DNA of 64,000 nucleotides from the human T2T-CHM13v2.0 reference genome, Homo sapiens (GCF_009914755.1 NC_060931.1); one strand, 5' to 3'; numbered from the stretch's first letter, positions 1 through 19,491 are shown. Notes: generated by a model not told the origin, from the sequence alone. Numbers and translations are program-made.

Positions 1-30
1 TATGCAATGTTCCTCATTTTAAAAAACACT

Positions 31-167
31 TTTTTTAACTTTTATTTTTGGTTCAGGGGTACATGTATAGGGTTTTCTATATAGGTAAATTATGTCTCAT
101 GGGGGTTTGATGTACAGATTATTTCATCACCCAGGTGTAATAAGCATAGTACCATATAAGTAGTAGC
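31..167 (-). mobile_element. Old primate L1 (L1PB/L1PA15-16-like) 3' end fragment
   Basis: T-rich tail followed by ggttcaggggtacatgt...tgtacagattatttcatcacccagg, the antisense of an L1 3'UTR terminus. Confidence 0.75.
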
Positions 168-1026
168 TTTTAATACAAAAAAATTTTTAAGCCATCACTT
201 TCTATTATGAGAATATCAATGAGAAAAAAATTTTCAATCTAATTCCCAAAGAACTTTCAGGCTTTTTTTATTTGTTTACCAATTATATGCATAAAAGAAA
301 AGAGCACAAAAAAAGGAATTACACATTGAAATTGAACATATTAACCTCATCAGAAACTGTTTTTCCACTTGGAGATTGGAAAGTATTTATTATGTAGCCC
401 AAGATTCCCAAGACTTTTTTTTATAGCTCCCACAAGTAAAATTTGATTAGAGCTATGTTTTAAACTAATTATCATTACAATTATTGTGATATTCTACATG
501 CCTTTGCCTTTTTCTGGCTCTTACAACTGGCTTGCATTGGAAATACTCAGATTTAAGGAATGATTACAAGAAGTTTTCAAAGAAAAATATCATAAAATTT
601 CAAAAACTCTTTGACTTTCAAGAATTGGCTTAACCCTGCGGCCATTTACCATTGACATGTTCTGCTTTCTTTTTTCTTGATACTGATTTTGCTCTTTTAA
701 AATGATTAGCCTAAAAGAACATCAAGATCTGACTGTGAAAATAATACGGATAACACTAAAGATAAGTAAATTAAATATTATTTTGTATGTGAATTTTTTA
801 GCAAATATCTTCTATATCTAAAATGCTCTTAAGTAGAGAAACTACTGGCCAAATTTTTAAAACTGTAATGCCTTGTATATCTGGTGCAAATATGTGATAG
901 GTGTCAAGTGATTACTTGGGAAGCATAAATAAGTCTACAGTTTATCCTATGAAGTTGATTTTATTGTGCTTTAACAAAAAGAAAAAGAAATCTTTAATGT
1001 ATCCTTCATGTTTCATGAATAATCAG

Positions 1027-1522
1027 TGTTAAAAAAAATTCAAAGAGACATGTTAAAAGCATAGTAAGGAAGGCTTTATTCAGAACCATTGCAATAGATA
1101 CAGGGACCACTGCAATATAATTTTGCAGCGAGGAAGAGAGATTGGGCTCAACTCCAAGTATAGGAAGGACAAGCGGGAATTTATAGCAAAAAGCAGGGTT
1201 GGGTCAGTGGATAGAAAATTACTACAAAGAAACAATCCAGGAGTATAGGGGTTTCTAACCAAAGCCACCTAACCAGAATTCTTGCCAAAAACAGGCTAGA
1301 GTGATCAGACATCATCTGTGGGGTGGTGCAGGAGGAACGTGGTCAGGTATCAAGGATGATGAGATACTGAGAACGATCAGCTCTCAAGGGCGGGGAGTTC
1401 TGGCTAAACTGACTTCGCAGGGTTCTTTTGCTAAAACTGGATTTTACAAGAGAGTAAACAGATGGGCCTAGGAGAAAGTTCAGAGCCTGATTAAAATTTG
1501 GTAAAGAAAAGAATCTTCATCA
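1027..1522 (-). mobile_element. ERV1 solo LTR, MER31-like
   Basis: TG...CA termini; minus strand begins tgatgaagattc...ctcctaggcccatctg...gtaaaatccagttttagcaaaagaaccctgc, as recalled for the MER31 consensus; AATAAA on minus strand near 1075-1080. Confidence 0.7.
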
Positions 1523-1911
1523 TGGGTTAGTTCAGGTACTCTAAGAAGCAGAGGTTAAGACAGAATCAGACAATCAAAAGATTTATTGGGCAAGTACTTC
1601 TAAAGGAAAAAGAGGTTAAAGAGGAGCTCTGACATTCAAGAATGGTGAAAGGGAAGGATGAGTGAGTGGGTAGGGCCCCAGATGGTTGCACAGCTGAGGC
1701 AGTATTGGCCAGTCTCTAGCAAAAATTGTCTGTTAGAATCTTGTGTCAGAAAGAAATGGCCTGGCTCTCTTACTCCTGCTGTGTTCAGACTGAGGGCAGT
1801 CCAGGCAGCGTGGCCTCAGCTGGTAAGCATCTGTGGACCCTATTTAGAGCAGCCAACTCTGACCTCAGGTAGGAAGGGAAATGTCACCAGGGCCCTTCCT
1901 TAGTAGCCACA
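1523..1911 (-). mobile_element. Degenerate MaLR/ERVL LTR (MLT1-like)
   Basis: gttagttcaggtactctaagaagcagagg...agatttattggg start and ...gcagccaac...gccaca end. Confidence 0.5.
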
Positions 1912-2545
1912 AGTCATTTGGTAATGACACAAAAATGCAATACATAAAGGTAGTTACAGGAAGTTATTTTAAAGCACTTCTTGACAAACCAGAAAGAAGT
2001 TTGTGTTTTTTTTTCCCCAACAAAGTTGATATTTTTGTTTGCATATCTAATACTCTATGACAGAACAAGTAGGTAGAGGAGATGAATTTAGCATACTTAC
2101 TTTTTTGAACTGCTGGAAATTCAAGTAATATTCTTATATGTACAGAAACAAACAGAATGGGATCCCGTGCCTATAACTGTGATGGTCTGTTATTGCTTAT
2201 TTTGTCTGCTTGCCTGTTTTGTTTCTCCTTTAGGCAATCAATTATTTGTATGTAAATTTAATTATTAAATTTATTATTATTTACATGTCTCTCTTTTAAC
2301 TAAAAAGTTAAGTTCTTTCTGGTTCTGTGGCTTGTTTTCCATTGTTGAGTTTTTAAAAAGATCAGATTTTAAAATAAGTTAGTTTTTCTAGTTTGGTTTA
2401 CTCACGTAGTAATTAAATAGAGCTTTTGCTGAACTCACCCCTCCTTTTATTTTTAATTTCTCTTTCTACTTTGGGTTCCCTTTGTCCATCCCAGCAACCA
2501 GATGTTTCTCAAGTAATGAAAAATATTTTCTACTCCTCCTGGGAA

Positions 2546-4568
<2,023 letters not shown>

Positions 4569-5502
4569 TTAGGCCAAAGACTTTCCTAGTAACATATAAT
4601 TCAGCCTACTTCAAAAGTTAGCCTTAAACTTACATTGTCTTTAATACTTTTCCAATCAAAAAAATCCCCAAGCCTCTCTGACATCTAGATCTTTCTATCT
4701 CATTCACTGAAGTTAAATACAATTAGTGCCAAAGTTACTATGGCATCATTCCTCTGTAGAACTTAATCTATAATAACCAGTAAGTTCACTACCTCACAAT
4801 TGGGAAGAGAGACCTTCTCTGTTTTTAGACACCCTTATTAGATCAGTATGCAAATATAAAATTTGAGTAAAGATATTCTCTGCCAGCATTGGACTATATG
4901 GTATTATTTCCAGGAGAAGCTACATGCTTCAAAAAGTCAGCAATAAAAAAAAAATCCTTTAATATCTTTGGAACTTTTCCTATTATCTATGGGCTATTGA
5001 ACAAAGAGATGGACTCAAGGATTCCATATGTATACATGATTTTAGGTTTAATATTTAAAATAAAAGAATATTTGAAGGGCAGAAAATACATGTAAAGGGG
5101 GAATTGCCCCTAGTAAATATATAGTCAATGTTATATGTAGAAAAAAATGTTGGAAGATCAAAAGAAGGAAAAAATTCAATTGGGCTTTAGGGTGGAAATG
5201 CAAGCTATCAGGCTGAATGAAGCAGACGGGTAATAACCACTATGTAAAAGCTTAGAAGAAATAGAAATAGTTCTACTATTTGCTAGCCTAGTGCAAAAGT
5301 TGATTCGAAGAGCAGTGGGCAGAGATTTTGTGTGTTTGCTAAGATAATACATGTTTCATACCAGGCTTTCACACTTTAATGTCCTTAAGAACCTTCTAGG
5401 GTACTTTACAAAAAAAAAAAAAAAAGTCTTTGGCTGCCTTCTTAGTAAAATTCTGATTCAGTAGGTATGAGGTTGGGCCCAGAAATATGCATTTTAAACA
5501 GA

Positions 5503-6480
<978 letters not shown>

Positions 6481-6939
6481 CTTCCTGGGTGATCTCAATG
6501 CTTGTCATTCTCTCTCCATACTTTGAGAAACACTAATGTAGGCAAAGATTTGGGGATAAAAATGTAGGAAAAAAACAAATGTCTGTTATTATCAGACATT
6601 TGTTGCACTCTGATAATAAAAACCTTAGATTTCATGAAATGGAGAGGAGGATTAGAAGAGAGGCAAAGAAAGCATCAGAAAAATAAGACACTGGATAATG
6701 ATGTGAGGTTAGCATCATCAAGGGACAAGTTAGAAATCCACATTTTAAAAAATTAAAACAAAATTATAGCTAAGTGATTAAGTAGTATAAGAAAGTTTAT
6801 AATGTGTGTTTATTAAAAGGAGTGTTAAGATTTTATTTATGTGGAGATGATACAATAAGGTTAGCCCTCAATCACTTATTAAAATCAATTTATTAAGATT
6901 TAAATACATATAGTAAAATTTAGTTACACGAATTTTGAT

Positions 6940-7240
6940 TCATATACTTTTGAAAGAATATAAATAATGGTAACGGATCCCATTGTATGATTACAGAATA
7001 AAGTAGTTATATACAAGAATGTTTATTGCAACAACATAGTCATCAATAACTAGAAAATGCCTAAATGAGCAACAGCAGAAAGATGCTAAAAGATACTGTG
7101 GCAAGTCTATAAAATGGAGTATTATGCAGCCACCCAAAGTCGTGATTTTGAATAATATTAAATGGTATACAAAAAGGTTAATGACATAGTCTTATTGCAA
7201 TGGGGATAAAATATTTTAATACAATACAAATTTATAATTG
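6940..7240 (+). mobile_element. Old L1M 3' fragment
   Basis: aagaatgtttattgca...aactagaaaatgcctaaatg...atggagtattatgcagcc. Confidence 0.55.
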
Positions 7241-7249
7241 CATTCTCCT

Positions 7250-8036
7250 AGACCTGTCTAATATTTTCCATATCAGTGAATGTGCCATTGCCCTCCATCC
7301 AGGATAAAGAATGACTTTAGTCTTAGTTTTATCTTAATGCAACAAATCCAGTCCTTCACCCAATCCTATTTAAGTATTTATTTATTATCCATAACTATTC
7401 ATCTCATAAATGATTTTATAATCCATCTGCCTCTCAGCTGTTTCACTGCCACTGTGATAAACCAGACTACCATATTCTCTCTGCAGGACTGCTTAACAGT
7501 TCCCTGATTTATCCACTGACGGTTTCAGTCCATTCTAGTTAGTCCTCTTTCAATCTATCTTCCACTGACTTTGTCTTGCCAATTTCCCCTACCCTTTCCA
7601 CCCTCACTGACTTCCTGTTTCTCTTGTGATTGCAATACTTATTTATTTGTTTAGCAATGCAAATTTATAACCTGAATTACAAGGACCTTGCATCGTATGG
7701 TTCCTTTCTGTGTTACACACATCATTCATCCTCACCCAGCCTTCTGCTTCTGTGCACCAGCATCATGTTGGCCTTCCTTGAGCTAATAGAGTGTTATGCT
7801 GCCTTTGTCACAGGGATCCTACACATTCTACTATTTCCTCTGTCTGGAATGTTCTTCAGCCTAAGATGACTACTTCTTTCTCAAATCTCACTTTAATCAA
7901 CACTTCTTCAGGGAAGCCTTCCCTTTGTCTCAGCCCCTGGCTAAGGTCAGGTTCTTTAGTTTTGAGTATATATAATAGATTATAAAGATATATGAATTAG
8001 GGAGATTATTTGTTTAATGTCTGCCTACCTCACTGT
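7250..8036 (+). mobile_element. L2 fragment
   Basis: tttcctctgtctggaatgttcttc...cttcttcagggaagccttccct...tgtttaatgtctgcct L2 3' motifs. Confidence 0.7.
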
Positions 8037-8057
8037 CGCTTAAACTTCAAAAAAAGG

Positions 8058-8058
<1 letters not shown>

Positions 8059-8103
<45 letters not shown>

Positions 8104-8154
8104 ATATATGTGTATGTATATATATGTGTGTGTGTGTGTGCGTGTATATATGTA
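8059..8154. repeat. (TA)n/(TG)n compound microsatellite
   Basis: Directly visible. Confidence 0.95.
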
Positions 8155-8472
8155 TCTCTTTTTTTTCCTTGGCTTCTCTTTTCCTGGTTTTCCCTTCTCT
8201 TAACTTTCTGCTTTCTACGGTTTGTCTCTTTCTTCTTACCTAGTTTTGTACCCACCCATTCCTCACTGTAAAAGAAAGTAAAACAGAATTTTAGCAATAC
8301 TATCTCTGATTCGAAGAATGAATAATTTTAATGTTCTCCTTTCTTTTTTCGTTAAAATTTTCTACAGTAGCCATTTGTAGGTATAAAACCAACATGACAA
8401 GCACTTTTATAGTACTAAAAAATAATAAGTGAAAACTACTTGAATATATTTCCATATAAAAATGTAAAGTTC

Positions 8473-8775
8473 GCTGGGCGTTGTGGCTCACACCTATAAT
8501 CCCAGCACTTTGAGAAGCTGAGGTAGGAGAATCACTTGAGCCCAGGAGTTCATGACCAGCCTGAGCAATGTGGTGAAACCCCATCTTTGCAAAAAATACA
8601 AAAATTAGCTGGGCATGGGTACGCGCACCTGAAGTCCCAGCTACTTGGGAGGCTGAGGCAGGAGGGTCTCTTGAGCCTTGGAGTGCAGTGATCCAAGATC
8701 GTGCCACTGCACTCCAGCCTGGAGAACAGAGCAACCCTCTTTTGTTTGTTTGTTTGTTTTTTTAAAGACAAAAAT
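8473..8775 (+). mobile_element. AluJ, with small right-arm deletion and apparently inverted tail
   Basis: Dimer with ttgagcccaggagttc (J-type); tail reads as T-rich. Confidence 0.9.
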
Positions 8776-8803
8776 TATAAGACAAAAATTTAAAGACACT
8801 GTT

Positions 8804-9150
8804 ATACTATGCAGCCATAAGAAAGAATGAGCTCATGTCCTTTGCAGGGACACAGATGAAGCTGGAAAACACAGGAACAGAAAACCAACACCACATGTTC
8901 TCACTCATAAGTGGGAGTTGAACAATAAGAACACATGGACACAGGGAGGGGAACATCACACACTGGGGCCTATCGGGAGGTGGGGGGCAAGGGGAGGGAG
9001 AGCAATAGGACAAATACCTAAAGCATGTGGGGCTTAAAACCTAGATGGCGGGTTGATTGGTGCAGCAAACCACCATGGCACATGTACAGCTATGTAATAA
9101 ACCTGCACGTTCTGCACATGTATCCCAGAACTTAAAGTAAAATTAAAAAT
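8804..9150 (+). mobile_element. L1PA (PA7/8-like) 3' end fragment
   Basis: atactatgcagccataa...ttctcactcataagtgggag...gtatcccagaacttaaagtaaaa. Confidence 0.85.
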
Positions 9151-9697
9151 ATATACGTATATATTTAAATTTTCAAAACAGGAGAAAAATGTTTACTTTA
9201 GAAAAGCATGTCTTTAATTTTTTCTAATTTTACATAGACAAGAGTTTCATGTGGTAGGAAACAAACTAGATAAGATAAAGGGAGGTGAAATTTGTCAGGA
9301 TTATTTTTAAAAATATAAGTGGATAAAAGTAATCTTCTGACATAGCACTTGTGTTTAAATGTACATTTGTTACTTACAGTTACTAATAATTTATTCATGT
9401 AACAAAAATTGTTGAGGTTTCTTCTTTTTTGTCATTGGTGAGTGGATTTTACTTTCCAGTATAGAATGTCCATAAACGCAATGTGTCCAGTAAGTTTAAT
9501 TTTAAAAGGCTTTATATTGCATCAATAATTTCAGAATTCTTTACCATACTTCTTAATTCTTTAAAAACATTAAGTATATATACATTTTTATTAGGGAAGT
9601 TAATCTCTTGTGTTATGTCAAAGTATATAATGGTAAATATCAACTAAATACATTGTTTCTTTTATTTTTCCTTTGCACTTATATATAAGTAATGTTA

Positions 9698-9990
<293 letters not shown>

Positions 9991-10076
9991 TGAGTAATGT
10001 TAAATATAGGATTTCTATATTGAAAATATTATAGATATAATAATATTAACTTTTAAGATAGAGGGAAAAAATCCAA

Positions 10077-12655
10077 ATTATTAGGATAGTCTTCAGCTAT
10101 ATAATTATAGAAATCCAACTTAGTAACGATTTAAACTGGATGAAGGGGCTGGTATGGCATTTTGTGGTTTCACGAAGTATGAATTCTATTTCAAGCATCA
10201 GCAAACTCTTTTATATAGGGTCATATAGTAAATATTTTAAGCTTTTTGGGCCATGTGTTCTTTCTCACAACTACTCAACTTTGCTTTGTAGCAGAGAAAC
10301 AGCCATAGGCAATACAAAAATAAATGGGTATGTTTGTATTCCAGTAAAACATTTACAAAAACAAGTGGTGGATTGCATCTAGCATGCAACCTCTAATTTA
10401 ACAAGTTCTAATCTATCTAGATTTTCCACCATCTTTAGTACATTGTTTCTCACTCTTGGTCAAGATGTCTTCCATCCCCATTCCATACAGCAGGAAGAAA
10501 GAAGTGAAAAGAGTCATGGAGCCCCTTTCTTTAAGGACACTTCCTGAAAGATGCTGAAGATATTTCTACACATATCCTGTCAGCCAGAGCTTAGTCCTGT
10601 GGCTACAACTAGTTGCAAAGCAAGCTGGGAAATAAAATTCTTCCAGACATTCATGAATCCAGTGCCCCCTCCCCTCAAATAAAAGGTGCAGGGAGATTTT
10701 TTACTGAAAAGATCATGAAAACAGATTGTAGGGAAAACTGACAGTATGTACCAATATTAGTACACAGAAATACCTATATTAACCCTTTTTCCAATACATA
10801 GGACATTTTTATGTTCCTTCAAGTGAGACCTTCCCAAAATCTCATAAGTTATTGCATCCATCTCAAATCCATCTCTGATGATGTACAGAACTCTACGTCA
10901 GGTCAAGGTTTCATTTCTTGTGGTAGAGTAGTATATAAATTAAAAACCTGTTTACTGTGAAATACACTCCTCTTATGAAAATAAAAGCATGAGAGACACA
11001 TAGCCATTGCTGGTCCATAGCAATTTTAAAATCTTGCTAGGCAGGAATAGCAAAGAGGCTATTTTTCCAGTGCCTTTTGTGACCCAAAGTTTCACTCTCG
11101 CAGAGGTCCCTATGAGAAGCCATATCGTGATCCTATCTGAGAAGGGCATTCTGCTTTTTCCTGTCTAGTGGGCTGCATGCTTTCATAACTGACCTCCTGC
11201 TGATACAAATTAGTGATTAAGGACTGCTGAAGTCATTGAAAGGGCACAAAACTTTGCAGGCCATGCTTATGGTTTCCTTGGCAATGTAAGTTTCTCAAAA
11301 ATGTTATAGTCTTCTAATCTATTTTCTTTCAGGCAGTTCTATGTGCAAATAACCACACCTAAACATCTGTTCTTGACATAGTTTAAAACCTGTTGACTAT
11401 TCTTTTTCATACTTACCTCTGTGTTCTGCCAATTCCCAGTGGAGGTGAGCCCTCTAATCTGCCTTCAAGAGAACTTGCACCTCCCTCCTTTTCTTCTCTC
11501 TGCCTTTCAGCTAATGTCAAACTACCTTGAGGTCCTGAAAAAGAATAAACCTTTAGTGGACGATGATATCCTCAATCTGATCACTGCAACAGTGCTGTGC
11601 CCCAGTGTCTGGTAGATAACCCTTACCTGAAGGTTATGAAAGACATCCTGGGGCCACAGGCTTACTTCCTTCTAAAGCTGCCTCTTGGCAGCTGTGGTTT
11701 AGACTTACACCATAATGCAGTTTAGGATACAGAGTTATTTTTTATTTTTTTCATTTTTATTTTTTTAACCCTTTCAAGCTTCTGAATTAGGGATTTTCCA
11801 TCATTTTAGACTGTCAACATAAGAAGAAAGCACCTTCTACTTCACAGTAGCTTTACTCTCATCTCAGCCTTTAGGCTGGTGAGTTCTAGACTAACTTCAT
11901 CTCTCTCCTGGAGACTTTGCTAAACACAGCAAGAAGGAGCCAGTGCCAGTGCGCAAGAGCACTTGAGTCTTTCCAAGCATTTCTCTTAACATGGAAAGTC
12001 TCAGTTGGCACCTAATTTGCCTTCCAAAGACAGCAGTTGACAATATAACCAAATATTTAGCTACGGTATAACAAAGATCTCAGCTTTCCACAGCTAGAGT
12101 ATCCCAGTCTTCAAGGCCTGGTGTCCACCACAGGCAATTCCATATGCTTTTTAGGCTTTGTCACACATAGCACCCTATTTTTATGTATAGTACAAACTAT
12201 GGTATGAGTTTGGATTAGGTTCAGCTTGAGTAACAGAGACTGAAATTAACAAGATGAAGATTTCTTCCTTTGTTATATGAGAGAATATAGAATTAGACTG
12301 TTCAAGGCTAATGCAGTGTTCCATGGAGTCAGGAAGCTAGGCTTTTTCCATATTTCTGCTTTATATTTAGTACAAGCAAATATCCCAAATGGCAATTTGA
12401 GTGCCAGATATTACATCCAAGTTCTAGATAGGAGGAAAAAAGCATCAAAAGATATGGGGTGATTCTCACCCTTCAAGGCCACTCCCCTGAAATCTCATAC
12501 AATGTTTACGCATGTATCACCTCATTGGCTGGAACATATTAATGTGGCCACATATAGTTGCAAGGGATATTGGATAACCAAATATCCAGGTAAAGATCTA
12601 AGTCTATGCAAGGGGGGAAAGTAATTATTGAAGGCTAATTAGCATCTTTGTAATA
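10077..12655 (-). mobile_element. Ancient MaLR element (MLT1J/K-like): LTR ~10077-10755, internal ~10760-12200, LTR ~12203-12655
   Basis: Both ends carry MLT1 motifs (attagg..tcagct; (g)tggc(t/c)aca...tagttgcaa(a/g)g); the internal boundary at ~12140-12200 (ttccatatg...taggctttgtcac...agcaccc) resembles the MaLR-int 5' end. Confidence 0.55.
10192..10410 (+). mobile_element. MER58A DNA transposon inserted in the MLT1 LTR
   Basis: tcagcaaact...agggtcatatagtaaatattttaagctttttgggccat...caactactcaactttgc...cagccataggcaatac. Confidence 0.85.
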
Positions 12656-12794
12656 CTCCTATATTTGATATTAAACAGTTTATATTATCTGTGAATTTGA
12701 TTATAGTTTGTGTGCTCAATTGTATTTAATAAAGTGGCATTCAATATTTATTCCCTCCGTGAGCAAATCTTGAAAATTTGTATACGGCTGTTTA

Positions 12795-13991
<1,197 letters not shown>

Positions 13992-14489
13992 GAGTTTGGA
14001 AAATTCATTTAAAGGAGTTCATTTCTTTTTCAAGTTTTCAATTATCCATCATCCTAGCCTGAAGCTTTTTATAACAAATTATTTAGAGTAGTAAAATTAG
14101 TTTTTTAAGCAATAGAATATTTTTTAATTACGCATTTATATCTCTGTTATTCCCAATCATATTTCTGTTCTCCACAAACAGCTTTATTCAATAAATTTCT
14201 TGCCTTTAATTTGAGAGAAAAATGGACCATTTCCCAAAACATTAGGATCTATTAAAAATAATGTGGATGGTTATCTAAGAGCTTTTTTTTCTTTAGCTTA
14301 GAAAGCAAAGGATTATACATTTCTTAGTTTCCGTATGGCAGAACTATTAGGAAAAAAAAAAGAAATAAGATCATGAAGGTATAATGTGTAGAATAGGAAA
14401 TTAAGAGGCCAGAGAAAGTATCTTTGGAATTAGGAAGCTGTCTAAGACATTGATGGCTTGAAAAGAAGTAAGGTGTATTAGGTGAACAA

Positions 14490-14612
14490 CTAGATCACAA
14501 GGTTCAGGAGAGCAGGAGCTACTCTTGATTTTGTTTATCCCAGTACACTAAAATATAACACAGTGTCTGATGCATGCAAAGCACTCATTATACATCTTTT
14601 CAATGAATTCAT
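14490..14612 (+). mobile_element. L2 3' terminal fragment
   Basis: tagatcacaaggttcaggagagcagg...cacagtgtctgatgc...aatgaat. Confidence 0.55.
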
Positions 14613-15333
14613 AAGGATAATTAACCATATTTTAAAAACTATTAGAAATGTTTATATTATTGTGTCCTAGAAGACAACAGTGTGCATGATTTAAGCATTT
14701 TTATTTTTTGCAATCACGTTATTAAAGAACTCTAAGTTGCATCATGCCACATCAGATATGTAATCCATTCAGCCTTATGTTTTCATCTCTGGCTGTAGCA
14801 TTAAAGCTTAATTTATAGAAAGGTGTGTTCTTTCCCTAGATATCAACTTAAAGGTTAAAGACATACTTTAGAACACTTTAGTCTTTCCTCAATAAACATC
14901 TCCAGTTTTTCCTCATAACAATTTCATCAAATCTTTCTTCAACTTATTTGTATATTTTAAATTTATATGGTCCCTTAAAAAATCACATGCTGATTTTATT
15001 TTTACTTTTTTTTTCTAGTTTATCATTTGTTTTTCAAAGAAAAATATCTTTTAAACTACTTGTTTAATGTTAAACAATGAGCTGGGGGGGCATTTTGTTT
15101 TTGTTTTTGTTTTAAGTACTCTATTAATTTTCATTGCCAGTGAAGACCTAACTGGCTAAACAAAGATACACCTCAGCAGTATTCTTGTTTGAAACAACAT
15201 ATGTACCAACTAGGAAAAATGCATTGTTAAAATTCACTGCATGCCTGTAGGTAATGGCAGAAGTGTGGAAAGGCAGCCTCTGACTTTTTAAAACATCCAT
15301 GTTTCAAAATAATTTTAGGAAAATAAATGTATA

Positions 15334-15658
<325 letters not shown>

Positions 15659-16016
15659 CTAAACACAACTTATTTATAGTGGTATAATATATCCATTTAA
15701 TGTTTTGGAATGCCATGTCTGCCTCTGTGAAACTAGACTGTTGGGTTTAATTATGCGGTTCTTGCTTTTCTGAAGAGGTGAAAGAATAAAATATCTTGGT
15801 GGGAGGAAAGTCCTAGACTGAGGGAAGGCATGGAAATAGTTTGCTTTATTTACAAAGAACTGAAAATGAAGCGTAACTCCTATTATTGCTGTATAATTAT
15901 TGATTTGGCTTTTCTTTTTAGCCAGTCAAATGACAGCTAAGATTCCCTAAATAATAGTGGGAAAAAATATGTTAGTCACAGCTTCCATCTATGTGTTGAA
16001 TACACAGAATGTAATG

Positions 16017-17070
<1,054 letters not shown>

Positions 17071-17169
17071 TTCTATCACAAATGAGGTGAAACGTATAGA
17101 AGTGAATGTTTCCTGTCCTCACTTACCCTTGGCTTTTATACTTAGCCCATTTCACATTTCACAATGAGA

Positions 17170-17330
17170 CCACTAGACTATAAGTTCTTTGAGGGTAGGA
17201 AGTATGTCTGTCTTATTTACCACTGCTTTTCAACTTCTAATATAATAGGTACTTAATACATGCTGAATGGGTACATGCATAAATACAAGAATGTATGACA
17301 AAAGTAAATGAATAAACAAACAAATGAGTA
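17170..17330 (+). mobile_element. L2 3' end
   Basis: ccactagactataagttctttgagggtagg...aataggtacttaatacatgctgaatg. Confidence 0.75.
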
Positions 17331-17479
17331 CATCTTAGAATCCAATAGAAAGTATTGCTAATTTTTCTTTTGTTGGTCAGGCAAGCTGAGGAAATTTCTA
17401 AGCATCATAAAACCCCAAAGCTGATATGAAGGGGCTTGTTAGGTTTTTCTACTTAAAAAGCATACATGCCCACAACAGA

Positions 17480-17710
17480 AATATTCATTGGCTTCTTACT
17501 AGTTCTAGGAACTCTTCTGAGCATTTTGCTGAACTTATCTCACTAATCCTCATGATAGCCCTAGCTGCTGGCTCTACCTTATGATGTCCATTGAAGAGCC
17601 TCCAGTGATGTGATTTGCTAAGAATCCTCAGCTCTTAAGAGTCCAAGTGGAGATTGGAATCTAGGTGTGTCTGACTCTAGACACTAATCTCTTTTAGCCA
17701 GCATAATATA
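17480..17710 (-). mobile_element. MIR
   Basis: ttatctcactaatcctcatga...gatttgctaag...gattggaatctaggtgtgtctgactc. Confidence 0.65.
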
Positions 17711-19456
17711 TTGTTCACCAGAATGCCTGCATTTCATTGGCATTTTCTTAATTACTGAAAAGTAATTAAGAAAAGGTTAAATTGCAATCACTGCTTTTGA
17801 TATTCCACAAACATCTTACGTTAAAATTTAATGAAATCAAATAGATCAGAATAAAAAAGCAAAATGTCAGATTAGCTACATTTTAGAAACCTCTAAAATG
17901 TGGGAAAGCTGTTCTGCATTCCTTTTGTAGCTGTCTGAATTTTGCAATTATGAATGTGCATTATTTTTTCTCATGTTGACTTTCCTCATGTTATTTATAA
18001 GAACAAGAGACTTACATATAGTTGAGCACTTTAAAATATCTGTTCTGAGCTTAGTGGGACTTAAGAAAAGCTCTCTTCCTTCCACAAGTTTTTCCTTATT
18101 GTCTCCACAAGAATACTTGAAATTCTCATATCATGTGGTCTTTTGGGGTAAGGATTTAAAAGCAGGAGTGAAAATGCAAATGTCATCCCAAAGAGTTGAT
18201 CCATTAAGCCGTTATCAGCCACCAATACCTTAGCAGGAATTAGTTGATTAGAAACCAAAGAATCTAGAGAGAATTAACTGTGTAAAAAAAAAATCACGTA
18301 CTCTAGTAGGCCAGAATAAGCTGGCACTTATACAAACAAAATCTAGAGACAAATTTTTGGAAAAAAAATAAAAATAGAGGTAAGTTGGGACAAAAATAAC
18401 GAGCAAGTGTCAGGTTGGCCGCGAATGACAGGAAAGAAGCAAGGTGGGCTACTTCAGTCATATTTTTCTTCCACATCTTCCCACAAAGAAAATGAGTTTC
18501 CAACTGGAAATGGGAGAACTTGGCAAGTATCAGAAAAAAGAAACTGGAATCCACGATAAAGAGGGAGAGAGCCTCTAATTGCCTGTGAAAGGAGCTCTCA
18601 GCAAAGGATGTAGATCAGTGATACAAATTTTAACAGTTAAAAACTAAATCATACATTCTGTGAATTCAACAACTACTATAGCTGGAGGTTGTGACCAGTA
18701 CATTTATTTGAGTGTCCAGGTCATCCAGGGTCAATAAAAGTACACAGCTTCTCCACTACTGTAGTCACAATGGACGGTTCCTCAGCCACATGTGTGCAAG
18801 GACTGGGACGACTGAATCGACTATTTAGAGGGCCGAGGCCAGAAACTACAGGCAAGAATAAGCCTTCCATCTCTGGAAATATTATAAAATTAATTCTTAA
18901 ACTGATAATTTATCAGCACAGTCATTAATGAAGCAAACGGGTTGCACTAAGAATAATTCCAGAACTAATTTCTTTTAATAGAATTGGTAGTTGGCAAGAT
19001 CAAGAGGCTTTCACTGACAAGTAAAAATCATTGGAGAGGAAGCCCCCACCCTTATACATGCATATACCATTTGAAATAACTACTATAATAAACCAGCCTG
19101 CAGGCGGGTGCCATATTACTCAGCTCTCTTGGTGCAGCAGTGGTTGGGAACTGGAGAGACACGGTAACTTTACCATGATTTTTCAGCAAGGTCTTTGACA
19201 AAATCTGTAGTTGAACCTTAAAACTCTAGTTAAGTTAACTAGATTTTCCTTCAGTATGCATTTGTAACCTCAAATTAAATAGACACAGACCAAGAGGAAA
19301 GGTGAAGGAATCTGCTGCTTTTACAAAGCGAAGGCACCTCTCCTCATCTGTCTCTACCTTGAAACTGCAATGAAAAATAAGACAGAAATGGGATGAGAAA
19401 ACATGATAGGATTTCCAGTGACTGTTGTCTGGTGATTAAGGGATTGAGCACCCCCC

Positions 19457-19491
19457 CACACACACACACACCCACGCATATACACACACAG
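19457..19491. repeat. (CA)n microsatellite
   Basis: Directly visible. Confidence 0.85.

Noticed and set aside
18700-18865. Possible minus-strand terminal exon (acceptor cttgcctgtag, AATAAA) with a few CpGs
   Set aside because: No ORF or partner exon; it lies amid L3 fragments, and the motifs are expected by chance.
18880-19000. Enhancer-like AT-rich block with the ctgataa-t-ttatcag palindrome
   Set aside because: Better explained as degraded L3/CR1 sequence; a 7-bp arm is not significant.
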